A stretch of DNA of 63,230 nt, the filler included, from Reticulomyxa filosa (taxonomy: Eukaryota; Protista; Foraminifera): the NCBI GenBank assembly GCA_000512085.1. It is 19 parts of 19 records of this genome, joined end to end, with 100 filler letters (N's around TTAATTAATTAA, not from the genome) between each part and the next. Parts side by side here need not be neighbours in the genome. Positions count along the whole stretch, not along the records: positions 23,396 to 29,393 come from ASPP01026099.1; positions 29,494 to 38,786 come from ASPP01027501.1; 17 more parts are not named here. The stretch is one strand, 5' to 3'. Shown here in pieces: positions 25,258 to 36,922 of this stretch (the stretch's first letter is position 1; each line of letters opens with the position of its first letter). Made by a program: the position numbers and the translations under genes. The notes below the pieces were generated by a model, which had not been told where the DNA came from, ran no database searches, and was given only the letters and a program-made list of their open reading frames with translations.

Positions 25258-28151
25258 TCTTTCTTTTGGCTAAAAATAAAAAAACAAAATATTTATGTTT
25301 TCAAAATAAATTTCAACAAAAGGAAAATTTGAAAATGAGTCAATGACAAGAGGTACTGAAGAAGAAAATTCGATATTGCACAGTGAACCAGAATACCATC
25401 GAATGCAGCCAATGGAAACACTAAAAGAAGAACTCTAAGTTTTTGTTTAATGTAACAAAGGGTAACATTCCTGTTTTTAGTGTATTATTTTTACTTGCCA
25501 TTTTTCCTAATTTTTTAAACGTAATTACTCTCTCAAATTTAAAAATGTCCTAAAAGAATGTTCCATATGGCATGGCAATTCTGTTGACGGTGGACGTTTA
25601 TTCAAGAGTTAAAGTCTATTTTGTAATGAAAATAGCCCTTTTCTAGGTGATATTAAATACTGGTCTTGACGTTCATACATAATTGCATATAAAAGCTGGA
25701 AGGATATAAGTGGATACCAAGAATTGCTGTTTCAACGGACTCATATTGAAAGAAGTAATATTTTTATTTGACCAAAATCAAACATTTGAACAAAAAGATA
25801 ACTTGCTAAATGAGACACTCATCAAACAGATTCGTGTTTCATCAAATAGTTCATAACTTAATAAGATAAACTTATATGAAACCCGTGGATGTTAAAATGA
25901 AGTAGAAAAACGATATTGTGTTTATGTTTACAGTTTGATTGGCGTTCGAACTTATTCAAAGAATTAAACGTTAAACTATTAAGGAAGTTTTGAACGAGCA
26001 AAAACAGCAAAAGGATTTAAATAATACAGTTTTTTTGGCAATTCGTGAAACAAAATCCACTCCGGCATTTACCCTTCCAAAAGAAATGTCAAAAAATCTG
26101 TTTTTTGTTAATCGTCTTGGATAGTACATTTACTTAAAAAATATTCATAAAAGACATTGTTGGTTTCCAATCTAAGTGGATTTTGTTTTAGTTTTGTTGT
26201 ATCTTCATTGTAAATCGAAATGCCACAATTGATAATACTGCAAACATTGAAACAAGCACATGCTTTGTCTTCAAGTTTTTACCAGCCAAATAAACCATCA
26301 CAATTATTTGCTTTTTTAATTTAATGTCTTGCAATCGAATACCCATAATAAGTTCAAAAAAATTTCTGTTTAAAACAAACCAAAAAACTAAGTGTACTTA
26401 CAAAAACAAGTAAAAAAGGAATATCAAAAGTCAAAAATATTTAAAAAGTGCTAAAAAAAATTTAATGAAACATACTTGTAAAAAAAAATTGTCATGCATG
26501 TTCTTATTTTTCTTAGACCCAAATATATATATACAATATTCAGTTAAATGATGAAATATAATCAAATATTGTATTGAAAAGAATAAATTGTATAATTTAT
26601 CACAAAAGCTATATTTTTTATTCTAATTTTAATAAAATCATTTAAAAACGTTGAATGTACAATATAATAATATCTTATTTATGCTTTTATGATTTTTGAA
26701 TGTTTGCAATACTCTTCTAAGCTTTTCTATCCACAGATTTAATCCAAAAATGATTAAATTAAAAAAGCAATTCAAATACAATATTAATGATTCATGCATC
26801 GCACTTTTTATTTTTGAAAATTTCTCAAATAAACAAAATAAAATTGATGTACAGATCTCGAAAATCGAAATTTTTTTCTTCAAACAGTCAATTTTAACAT
26901 TTTTTTATCTCTTATATGTGTTAGTGTGTAGTGATACAATTTACTCACAATGGAGTCACTAATATCTTACGTACGTTGTTCCCTTTGTTGATAAAATGTA
27001 CTTGCCCCAAAAAAGTCGATGTAGTTTCAATACAGTTATTAACTGTCGTACGTGATAACTTTTTACTCGAAAAATTTATTCGCTCCACATGGTACCACGA
27101 ATTTTTTTTACAGTAAAAAAAAGTTAATATGCGCTCATGCATGGAAATGTGTCCTTTCATTTTTTTTTCAAAAAAGACATCTCCAAGCGTTGTTCAATGT
27201 TTGAACAACAATTTTCTATTTGACAGAAAAATAGGGTTGGTGCAAACAGGTTATCAAAAAATTGACGATTACACAAAATTTTATAAAAACTGCCCGTTGT
27301 TTAATTTATATTGACAAACGGCAAAGAGGCTAATAATTGTGCAGTGTGGTGTTGGACAAGGATCAAATCCCAAACCAAGATATTGCAAGTCAGTGTTTTT
27401 GAAAAGGACAAAAAGGGTCACTTTTCTCCATGCTGGAGAGAAGTACTAAAGCTGCACTGCGTGCCAAGCCAAGATATTTAAGTTTAGACTACAAAAAAAG
27501 ACAATAATAAAGTTATTGGCAATTACAAACTCTTGCGGCAAATGGAATTCATAAAAAGCAAAAATATTTGTAAGTTCAAAAATTCTAAAACTTCCAATCT
27601 TAGAAGCTTTAACTTTGAACTTTGTTCCCTTCCCGTTGTTAAGTATGATATTTTGTTGTGAAAAAAGGTAATAATAAGTTTTCTGTATTCAATTTAGAAA
27701 CTCAAAATCTTTTTCCATTGTATTTGCTTCACCGAACATTATTTGAGTTTTGACGTACATATTTACATATCTTTCTCAAGATTCAATTTCTTTTTATCTG
27801 TCAAAAACATTTCCATAGTGAGCAATTACCTTTTAATAATAAAAATTTCCCTTTTGGGAGTATTACTGCCAAAAGTATTATGTCAATTAATTTTTACAAA
27901 AGTTAGAATTTGATAGTTTTTTGTAAAGAAATACGTCGTGGTTGAACGCCAACGTTAAGTCCATCACTTCTGAGCGCTTATAACCAGAAAAAGTCTGGTT
28001 GAGCACAAAATATCTATCTTTTGAAAAAATTATCGCTCAAAAGTTGTGTTTTGTCAAAATAAAAAAGTAAAAATCTGTGTCTCAATTTAACAACAATAAA
28101 TTCAAAAGTTCTTTGCCTTCCCTTCAGTTCTTCAATTTTGATCCAATCATT

Positions 28152-28637
28152 TTACTGTCCTCGGGCCAATATCTTGGTGCGCAATTTTTTGAATGTGGTC
28201 ACAGGAATATGGGAAACAAATACGCAAGGTTTATTTCCTTGCGATTTCAATTTTTTCAGTTCAAATTTCACACGGATGCGTGCAGGAGGTCTTTTGACTC
28301 CTCCAGCCCACACAGCTTTGTTGAGCCCAGTGTCCATTTTGACCAAAGGAATACTAAATAATTGACGTGCCCTTCTTCTTATAGCTTTAACTGCGCGGGG
28401 AGTGCGTTTATGGTTCGTACTTTTTACAACACACAGAGATTGTATTGTGCGAGGTTGCGTGGCACTTCCTAAAAATCTTAGGAAAGCTTTTTTTTTGTTA
28501 TGATAACAAAAAGATTTGCAAACTTACACATTTCTGACTTGTCTTCTGATGTACACTGTTGTTTCAATTGCTGGAGGATGTCTTCTTTTTTTTTTTGCTT
28601 CTGTACTTTTCTCGACTTTGGTGGCGGTTGTTGACAT
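28152..28637 (-). CDS. RPL31: 60S ribosomal protein L31 (eL31)
   Basis: Removing intron 28420-28527 gives ...VRNVTNHKRTPRAVKAIRRRA...VKMDTGLNKAVWAGGVKRPPARIRVKF...VTTFKKLRTK. Confidence 0.92.
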
Positions 28638-29008
28638 TTTCACAATAGTCACTTATCAATATATATGATAGTTTGATTTCACACCAAAGCTTGAGGAGAT
28701 TTAATTGCCTCACCTCGTTACAAAAGTTTTCAAAAAAACTTTACCAAAAAAAACTCTCGAAATTTTCAAGGGGCTTCTCTTTTTTTTTTGTAGCCTAACT
28801 GTCGTTGCTGTATATTTTGGAGAACGACTTTTCTGAGAGAAATATTTCAATTATTTTGGTTTTGAACATATTGCCTTCAGTATTTTTGAGAAACAATTTG
28901 AAAGACGAAAGAATTGAAAAATGTATCTAGTGAAGCACCATATTGGACACAACGCCTTTTGAAAACTTGTAAATTTCATGTGAAGAACAGAATGTAATAA
29001 TAAGGGTG

Positions 29009-29342
29009 TTAAGACTGTGTGGTAAGTTTTGAATTGAAAGAATTGGTATCATCTTGGATCTGAGGATTGGACGTGATGCGTCCATCCAAAGAGACGAAAA
29101 TGTGATTTTCTTTTTTGACAATAGGAAAGCGTTTAGCAAACTCTTGAACCAAATTGGGCTGAGAGTTGTGATCCCACAAAATCGCAAAAACGACGCGTTT
29201 AAAACAGCCCCGAAATTCACTGTGTAAAATATCGTAAAACATTTGAGCGACCTCGCCTGGCGGATTACGAAAGATGCCACACCCCAAAGCGCCGAGCACA
29301 AGTGCGTCATGTCGCTCTTCTTTTGCAACTCGATAAATGGCT
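29009..29342 (-). CDS. Last exon of a TIGR02452/DUF2263 microbial-type PARG (macrodomain) protein
   Basis: HDALVLGALGCGIFRNPPGEVAQMF...FRGCFKRVVFAI, preceded by an A-rich intron acceptor. The N-terminal part is off the contig. Confidence 0.8.
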
Positions 29343-29343
29343 C

Positions 29344-29375
<32 letters not shown>

Positions 29376-29657
29376 CGGTATAAAAAAAGAAGTNNNNNNN
29401 NNNNNNNNNNNNNNNNNNNNNNNNNNNNNNNNNNNNNTTAATTAATTAANNNNNNNNNNNNNNNNNNNNNNNNNNNNNNNNNNNNNNNNNNNNGGGGGGT
29501 GTGTTTTTGAATACTTAAAAAAAAAAAAAAATAGAAAATGCCACGAGACCAGAAGAGACGAAGGTGAAGACGCAATAAAATTCTCGTACACTTGGAGAAC
29601 GGATAAAAAAAACAATTGAATCGATTGCTTTGCACCATGTTTAATACCTCACGTCAG

Positions 29658-30761
29658 ATTAAACGAGCCTCGGCCACATCGCAGACTTTGTTGCAAGGTT
29701 ACCTCGGCTCCCAAAAGTCAGTTATATCTTATTATGTCTCGGACCAGGGATTGTCAGGAGAAAATGTGAATACCCCCGCTCCAACGGATGCCCCAACCTC
29801 GGCAGCGAAATTCCAGTTAGGGTCAAACAGTTCAGTGACAGATCAAGCCTGGTTTTGGATTATTATAGTGATAGCGGTGTTAGCGCTGTTCTTTGGTTCC
29901 ATGGTGCTGTACATGAGACACACGAGCAAAAAAGATAAACTGAGACGACAACAGAACATGATGGCCATTCAGAAATTGGCAAGTCTGAGCGGTGGTGTCC
30001 CATTGTCGCCCCTTCAGGCACAACAACAGCAGGCGTTGACCCATTCGCTATGGCTCGGATTGGGCGGTACTGGTACAAACGGTACCAATACCAATTCCAA
30101 CGGAGAAGCAGGAGAAAACGGTGGCGAAGGTGGTGGCCAACACACCCAATTGCTTAACGGCATGCTTGCAAATAAATTGAAAGCTCAACAAGCAAACCAA
30201 GCTTCGCTGGCCATTGGAGGAAACAATGCCGGAGGAATGGGCTTGGGCGCTGCTCCAATGGGCATGGGAATGGGAATGGGTTCTGCTCCAATGGGAATGG
30301 GCATGGGTATGGGCATGGGCATGGGCATGGGTATGGGTATGGGTATGAACCCAATGGCATCACAATTCTACAATCCAGTTTTATTTTTGTTTTGTTTTTT
30401 TTTTTTTAGCTTGTTTGTGTGTATACTAATGTTTATTGGATGGTTATAGAGCTCAATCGCCGGAGATTTGAACAACTATATGTTTAACCCGGCAATGATG
30501 AATATGGGCATGAGCTGGCAAGAAATGGCACAAATGGTGGCATGGCAGAATCAAATGCTCATGGCACAAGCAAACGGAAAAAATATGAATCCGGCAATGC
30601 TCTCCACTGATGCATTGAACAACGCTGGTGAAGAAAACCTTAACGGTGATGGTGGTGGTGGCGGCGAAAACGATGACCCCAACGCAAGCAGTAAGCTTGA
30701 AGATGTAATGAAACTGAACACTTCCGAAAACGGAGAAAAAGTTGAGGAATTTGAAGAATAA
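29658..30761 (+). CDS. C-terminal part of a type I membrane protein with a Gly/Met/Gln-rich cytoplasmic tail
   Basis: PAPTDAPT stalk, then TM WFWIIIVIAVLALFFGSMVLYM and a basic stop-transfer segment, then a (GM)n repeat. Intron ~30378-30449. Confidence 0.7.
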
Positions 30762-31959
30762 AAACTCTCTAATCTTTGTCCATTGTGATCAAATCGGATG
30801 TCCTTTTTTCTTTTTTTTTTCCCTAGTGAGTTGTAACATAACTTTTGACTGGACCTAATTCATCAAAATTTGGAAGTTTTTGTTTGTAAACTTTGTTGCT
30901 GCGAAACCGATTGATATTCGCCATGGTTTCAGATGAGATTCTGATGTTTTATTGTAAATCTTGTCATTTGTGCAAGACTCTTGTGTACTATTGTACCAAA
31001 AAGGGCAGTGTACATTCTTGGACTAAAGAAAAATCCATATTATATACATATATAATTTTCCCGCTCTCTTACAATAAGAAAGCACAGAAAAGGAGAAGGA
31101 AAGAAGTAAGTCTTAAGGAAAAGGATACTGAACTTTTCTTTGTGGTTAGTAGTGCCTTGCATTGCAAACCAGCAAATAAAAATCCACAGGTAGAGTTTGA
31201 AGACAATGACGCTTCCATTTTTATCTTTGGTAATTCTTGGGACATGTGAAAATCAAAAATATTGATTGAAAGATCACTAGCAACAAATCAGCAAATAAAA
31301 TATGTTTTTTGTAAGAAAAATCAAAGAAATTTTTTGAAATAAAATAAAAAAAACACCATCAATTCAAGCCAAGCATGTTAACAGTCTGCTAGATAAAAAT
31401 TGATAATATTTGATTGATTGATTACCATTAAGGTAGTTAAAAACCTAATGATGGTCCTGGTCCCTTACCCTTTACAAAATTTCATACATCACACTTTTTT
31501 TTTTATCAAAACTTTTTATCTACAGAGAAGTTTAGGCCTTTTGTTGGCATTGTACTTCAAATTGCCACTTGAAAAGTTGTTTTGTAACTTTTCAAATAGC
31601 TTTCTTCGTTCATTTAGTTCTCAATTGGTGTCTTTGCCATTTGCTCGGTGGCATTTTCTGACACATCTTTCGGGACAGTGGAAGAATCATGAGTGAACAA
31701 ATTTGTTTGAACAAACATAGTTTTTTAAATTTCTGTTTCGATTAAATAAGGAATGCTGTAAAGATGATTTTTCTCGATTTTTTTTGTTAGTTGTGCGTCA
31801 AATTACTCATCATTTGAACGAAACATATTTGGATCACCCACATAAAAATGTGGTCGAAAACAAAACCAAAAAAAAGAAATGAACAAAATTCACAAAAAAA
31901 AAGAATGATTGGAAGAAAAAAATAAAAATGGTTTACTTTATTTGTTTTGTTAAAAAATA

Positions 31960-33717
31960 TATTGTTGGGAAAATCCACAAAAGCGAACCTATTTGAATTT
32001 TTCTGCACGCGATGAAAAAAAAAAAGTTAAGAGAAAAAGGAGAGGAAGGAAGGGGGGTGTGTATAAAAAAGATGAGTGAACATCAAAAAAAAAAAGAAGA
32101 GCGATCAAACGGCATTGCGTTTTTGAACAAGAAAGGGCTGAGGCTGTGACTTTGCAAACCAAAAATGTATTTGTTCCCAAAGGACATCTTGTATTTCAGG
32201 TTTTTTGAACTGAATGGATTTGGAGTACGTGTCAAGATTTTCTTGAGTCAAAGGGAGAACTTTTGGAGTCAAGGGTCTGGCATTGTCGGTGTTATTGGCA
32301 TGATGCTGATGATGATTATTATTGGCAGCATTGGCACTCGCACTTGCATTGGAAAGGACAACGGACTCCTCGCCTGACTTGTGATATGTGTGATGCAAAA
32401 GATGGGACTGCGACTTGGACTGACTGTGACTATGACTATGTGTATGTGTATGTGTGCGCGTATGTGTGGGCATTCTCGAGTTCGGAGTGGTGACAACGAC
32501 GACGTCATTGCAATGGCATCTATGTGGAGTGAGTGAGTTGGCGGTGCCTCCGGGCGTGGTGGCGACAGGTAAGTGCGAGTGCGAGTGCAATTTGCTAAAG
32601 TACGACGGCGTGGTGGCATTTACTTGCAGCGACAAGTCGTCAGCACGACTGCTGTTCACATGTGCTCCTCCTCCTCCTCCAGGTGTTCCACTCATCGAGA
32701 GCGATGGATAATTCGAGTTGTGTGAAAACTGTGCCATCGATTCATTCGCTCCAATGCCACCTCCCATCATTCTCTTTTTTCTTGCTTCCATATTTGTCAT
32801 TCCCATAATTCAAACTCATCTTCTTTAACCCTCCTCCTCCTCCTCCTCCTCCTTCTTCTTCTTCTTCATCGTCGTCGTCGTCGTTGTCATTGTTTTTATC
32901 TTTGTTATACTTTTCCAAGTCTATTTTTTTCTTCCCCTCCATCTCTTCCATCTCTTCGTCCACTTCAACATCCATCTCATTGACACTGATATTGTTATTG
33001 TTATTGTTATTGTTATTGTTATTTTATTGTTATTTTATTGCTATTGCTATTGCTATTGCTATTGTTATTGTTAATGACGAGACCATTGCGTGGATAAAAG
33101 CCTTCGTTGGCAATGGTGGTGTGCTTTTTGACGCGAGTGGCAACATATGGGTCGTGACTGAGGTTATATGATTGGGACTGCTGAGTCGATACGGGATCGT
33201 TGCTGCTCGCTTGCTTCTTTTTGTCTGCGATGACCATCACATTCGTCGGCGTGTGGTTGTGTGGCGAGGACGTAGACGGCCCGTGGATCGAACTCCGCTT
33301 CATCGACAGCTGCTTTTTCGATAACAAGATAGGCGGGGGCTGCTCCTCTGTCGTTGGCCTGTCTTTGCTTGGATAATTGCTCCACATCGTCGCAATTTCG
33401 TCCACAAATGCACGGAATGCTTGGCTGTCGCGCTCTTTTTCGAATCGTATCGCTAATACCAATTTCGTTTGCTTCCAATCCTCATTCGACTGCAAGTCCG
33501 CTCGGATCACGTATGCTCGTGGACCTTTGCTACGTATGCGGGGCTTCAATCGATAACTAAACTCCTTCTTCGTGCCCGCCCCGTTTTTTAGTGCCAGCGA
33601 ATATGTATCGGGCGAAAAGATAAACGTCATCAAGCCTGTTCCTCGCACTTGCCAGTCTCGATTCTCGAGCTCAAATAACGTTGCCTCGGCTTCAAAGATT
33701 GTTACGTCACGTTGCAT
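31960..33717 (-). CDS. RanBD/PH-like domain + low-complexity region + possible RRM-like segment; frameshifts in microsatellites
   Basis: The N-terminal part reads IFEAEATLFELENRDWQVRGTG...AYVIRA...LAIRFEKERDSQAF. A downstream exon reads KNSNRFAFVDF (RNP1-like). Frames change within repeats at 32800-33030. Confidence 0.55.
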
Positions 33718-34837
33718 GTCTCCTATGCTATCGTAGTTTTTTTTTTCGTTTCAATTTTAAAAAGAAAGATCCTTCTTGTGTGTCGTCTTTTTTTTAAAAA
33801 AAACATTTAACAAAAGGTGTTTCAGTTGCTTCTTGCTATGTGATGTCCATTTGTTAATTTTTTCCCATAGCATACAATCTTTTCGAAAAAGCTGTCCACT
33901 AATCTATTTAGTCATCAATTCTCCAATCTGTAATCGATTTTAAATCTTCAATTACATTCTTTTTTTTACAAAGAGTTGTTTGGATGATTAAACATTACTA
34001 TTCATTCAAATTATTTCAATCTTTCTGATGTAATTTTTCTTGATTTAAAACAGAAAAAAAATTAACATTCGTTTAAAATCACTCTAAAGATGTTTAAGTC
34101 TTAAGAGTGACCACAAAAACAAAAAACGACGAATGCACATTGACAAAACAATTCAAGCGACACAAAACAACTCAAAATGTGCTGAAAACAAAAGAAATCT
34201 AAATATATAATAAATTTCATTTTGTTTTATCTAAAGAGCTATTAAGTCACCATCCATATGTAATGTGCTTTCACATAAAACAGAAAAGACATGGCTATAT
34301 ACCCTCAATCAAACGGAAAAAAATAACTAATTATGCTACATGATTATATGCACAAGCGCATTTGAATACAATAATCACATGAAATATTTCATAATTGACG
34401 ATAACATACTTTTGACAAATACCTTCGATTTTTAAATGGGTAATTTGTTTCGTGGAAAATGACAAATAAGTTATTTATGTCAAATGCACTACATATCTGT
34501 TTGAGAATGTCAAAGTATAGACATCGATAATAAATAATTACTAATAAAGTATAAGACATCAGCGTGGGTATGTGATATTGGATATTAGCAATAATGGAAC
34601 GTGATGAAGTACATATTGTAATGAGAAAATCCAACAGTACATGTTCATGTGCTAGTTTCGTGTTTTTATATTTTATTGTTAATATCTTTATTGCAATCAA
34701 TTAAATGCTTCAGTTTTCAAAAATCACCAGTAAAAGTTCCACAAATAAGAATTGTACGTTTTGTGCCAAATTTGCCATAAATTGACTTCGAAGTGATTTT
34801 TGTTTTCCAAAAGATTCTTTTGACTGTTTTTTTTTAA

Positions 34838-35700
34838 TCAAGAGATAGCTCCATTATCTGCATTTGCTAACGCCTCTTGTAAGCGTTTATCCAAGAGCTT
34901 TTGTATCTCTCCATCATCCGCAGAATCTGTACTTTGGTAATTTTGCAACAGTTCAATTTCTTTTATGGAATTGAAATCAATAGCATTCAATTCATATCCC
35001 AATGCATCACTTAACAACTTGGAGCTATTAAGAAAACACGATTGGTTGAATTCATCCATAGATAAGTGCAGGTATTTATAAATAATAAAGATTGATATCA
35101 TGGATTTGTACCTCATTCACATGACTTGCAGGCAAAAGTGCATCTACGAATAGATGTCTCCACATCAATGGATATGTTGGATGTGCATTTCGATCTTTGG
35201 AAGGTTTTTTCATACACAGGATTAGCATACATAAGTTTTCATAACACTACTACTCTTATCGGAAGAACCTTTCAAATGACCAACAAATGCTTTCTCGATA
35301 AGATGTTATGCATGTAGATAATGCATCAACATTGAATCGCTTGTCACTGCATCACAGGCAATAGCCAATACATTATATCGAGTAGGTTTAGCGTTGTCAA
35401 CAATGTAAGAGAAAAAATCAGCTTCCTGAACAAAATCACGCAAATCTTTCAATCTCACTTCTGTCATTTGATTGTCATTTAACATTTGTTTTTCATATTT
35501 TCCATCGATATCATATACATTTGATAATTCTTCTGAAGTCTTGGATACATAACCAGATTGCGCTAAATCATCTCTTGTGATTACATACACTCCATCTTTG
35601 ATTTTCATGACAAAATTGTTTCCAATTGGATAATCATGAGTTGACTACTTTTTGCCAATACATATGGATTAGCTTTGTCTGCACCTTCTCTTTTCAAAAC
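34838..35700 (-). pseudogene. Apparently intronless decayed gene of unknown family
   Basis: Globular-looking segments (MKIKDGVYVITRDDL...HYLHA*HLIEKAF; ...LLSDALGYELNAIDF...) are broken by stops and frameshifts. Confidence 0.5.
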
Positions 35701-35980
35701 ATCAAACTATTTTGTTTTTATCATTACCTTCTTGTATGTGTGTGACGTGTTCGTGCATTTGAATTTTTGTTTAATGAATTGGAAAAGTACTAATGTTTGA
35801 GAGTGATGTAATACTTTTCATAGCTCTTTTTTTTGATATTATTATTTTGCAGTAATTGCATTACTTTTAATAAAATAACAAATGTTTTCTAAATTTATCG
35901 AATTGCTTTTCGAATAATGTAAAATTGATTTTCTTGGTAACATGATGCAGAAATCGTAATTTCCTATGTGAAAAAAATAG

Positions 35981-36123
35981 AAAAAAGCGGCGAGGCTTGG
36001 CGAGCCGCCAAGCATCGCTTACTACCCGCTTCCTACCCTGAGTAGGTGGTGTTTCACTTCCACAAGATAGTGCCCCAATAGTATAGGATGAAAGCCATAC
36101 TACTAAAACACAATGTAACCCGC
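35981..36123 (-). ncRNA. Candidate Pol III-type structured RNA gene (~140 nt), family unassigned
   Basis: GC-rich island with four hairpins. A 17-bp stem (36070-36111) pairs fully only on the minus strand (six G-U pairs). A T6 run follows the terminal stem, and TATATAA lies ~27 nt upstream. Confidence 0.6.
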
Positions 36124-36143
36124 ATGGACAAGCCTGAATAGGA

Positions 36144-36170
36144 TTATATATCAATACAATGGGATACACT
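36144..36170 (-). promoter_or_regulatory. Putative TATA box and TCCCAT element upstream of the RNA candidate
   Basis: The minus strand reads agtgtaTCCCATtgtattgaTATATAA. The TATA lies about 27 nt before a GCGGG start. Confidence 0.35.
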
Positions 36171-36922
36171 CAACTTTTTGGTAAAAACACATTTTTCATT
36201 CTATTCAAACTTTAACAAAAACGACTTCTGTTCTTCAGTCATTTGCATACGAGTGTTCTAATGAAAAAATGATACAATCTTTTTTATTCACATTTAGCTC
36301 ATTTTGATCAATTATCTCTGAAGGTGACTCACAGATCTAAAAAAAAAAAATTGAAGATTACTGTCTGGATTTACTTTGCTTGTTCTAGGCAATTAAGAAC
36401 ATGTTATTTCATAAAGGAAATTCTCATCATGTGTACACAACAAAAAAGGCTCTTTATTGACAAAAAAAAGAGCGTATTTGTCTCTTCCTTGGGGCAAGTA
36501 ATAGTACGAAAAACTAGTTGGTTTGAGCGTGCAAAATAAATAGCGTTGACTGCTTGATGCTCGGTTTTAGTTTGCTGTTTTTCTACCTGCGGCAGATTGT
36601 TTTCTTTGTTCGGTTGAGCAGTTCTCGCCTCTTTTCTTTCATCTCCTTTCATTTCCATGTTTTTTTGTCTTTGTCTTCCTTTTTTCTTCTACCAACGCCG
36701 CTTAAACCTAAAAAAAAAGGGGGAACTCGTCTTATAACGAGTGAACGAAAAATGCTATTTTTTTTGTTTTACTTCATCCAGAGACTATCCAAAATCTGTA
36801 TATTGTTATGCTGAATTAGTTTATAGATTACCTTTTTTTGATAAAACGAAGTAAAGGTGTACCAACGAACTTCAAAAAAAAAAAAAAAAGTAAAAAAAAA
36901 ACATAATTTACTCTCTGGTGAA

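Noticed and set aside
35981-36170. Assignment of the RNA candidate to U2 (GUAGUA), U5 (loop), U6atac (CCACCUACU), SRP (CAGG..GGAA), MRP or tRNA-Sec (UCA loop)
   Set aside because: Each match is a short isolated word. Flanking invariant motifs, stem lengths or pairing partners are missing, and there is no obvious CCCUAA-type telomerase template.
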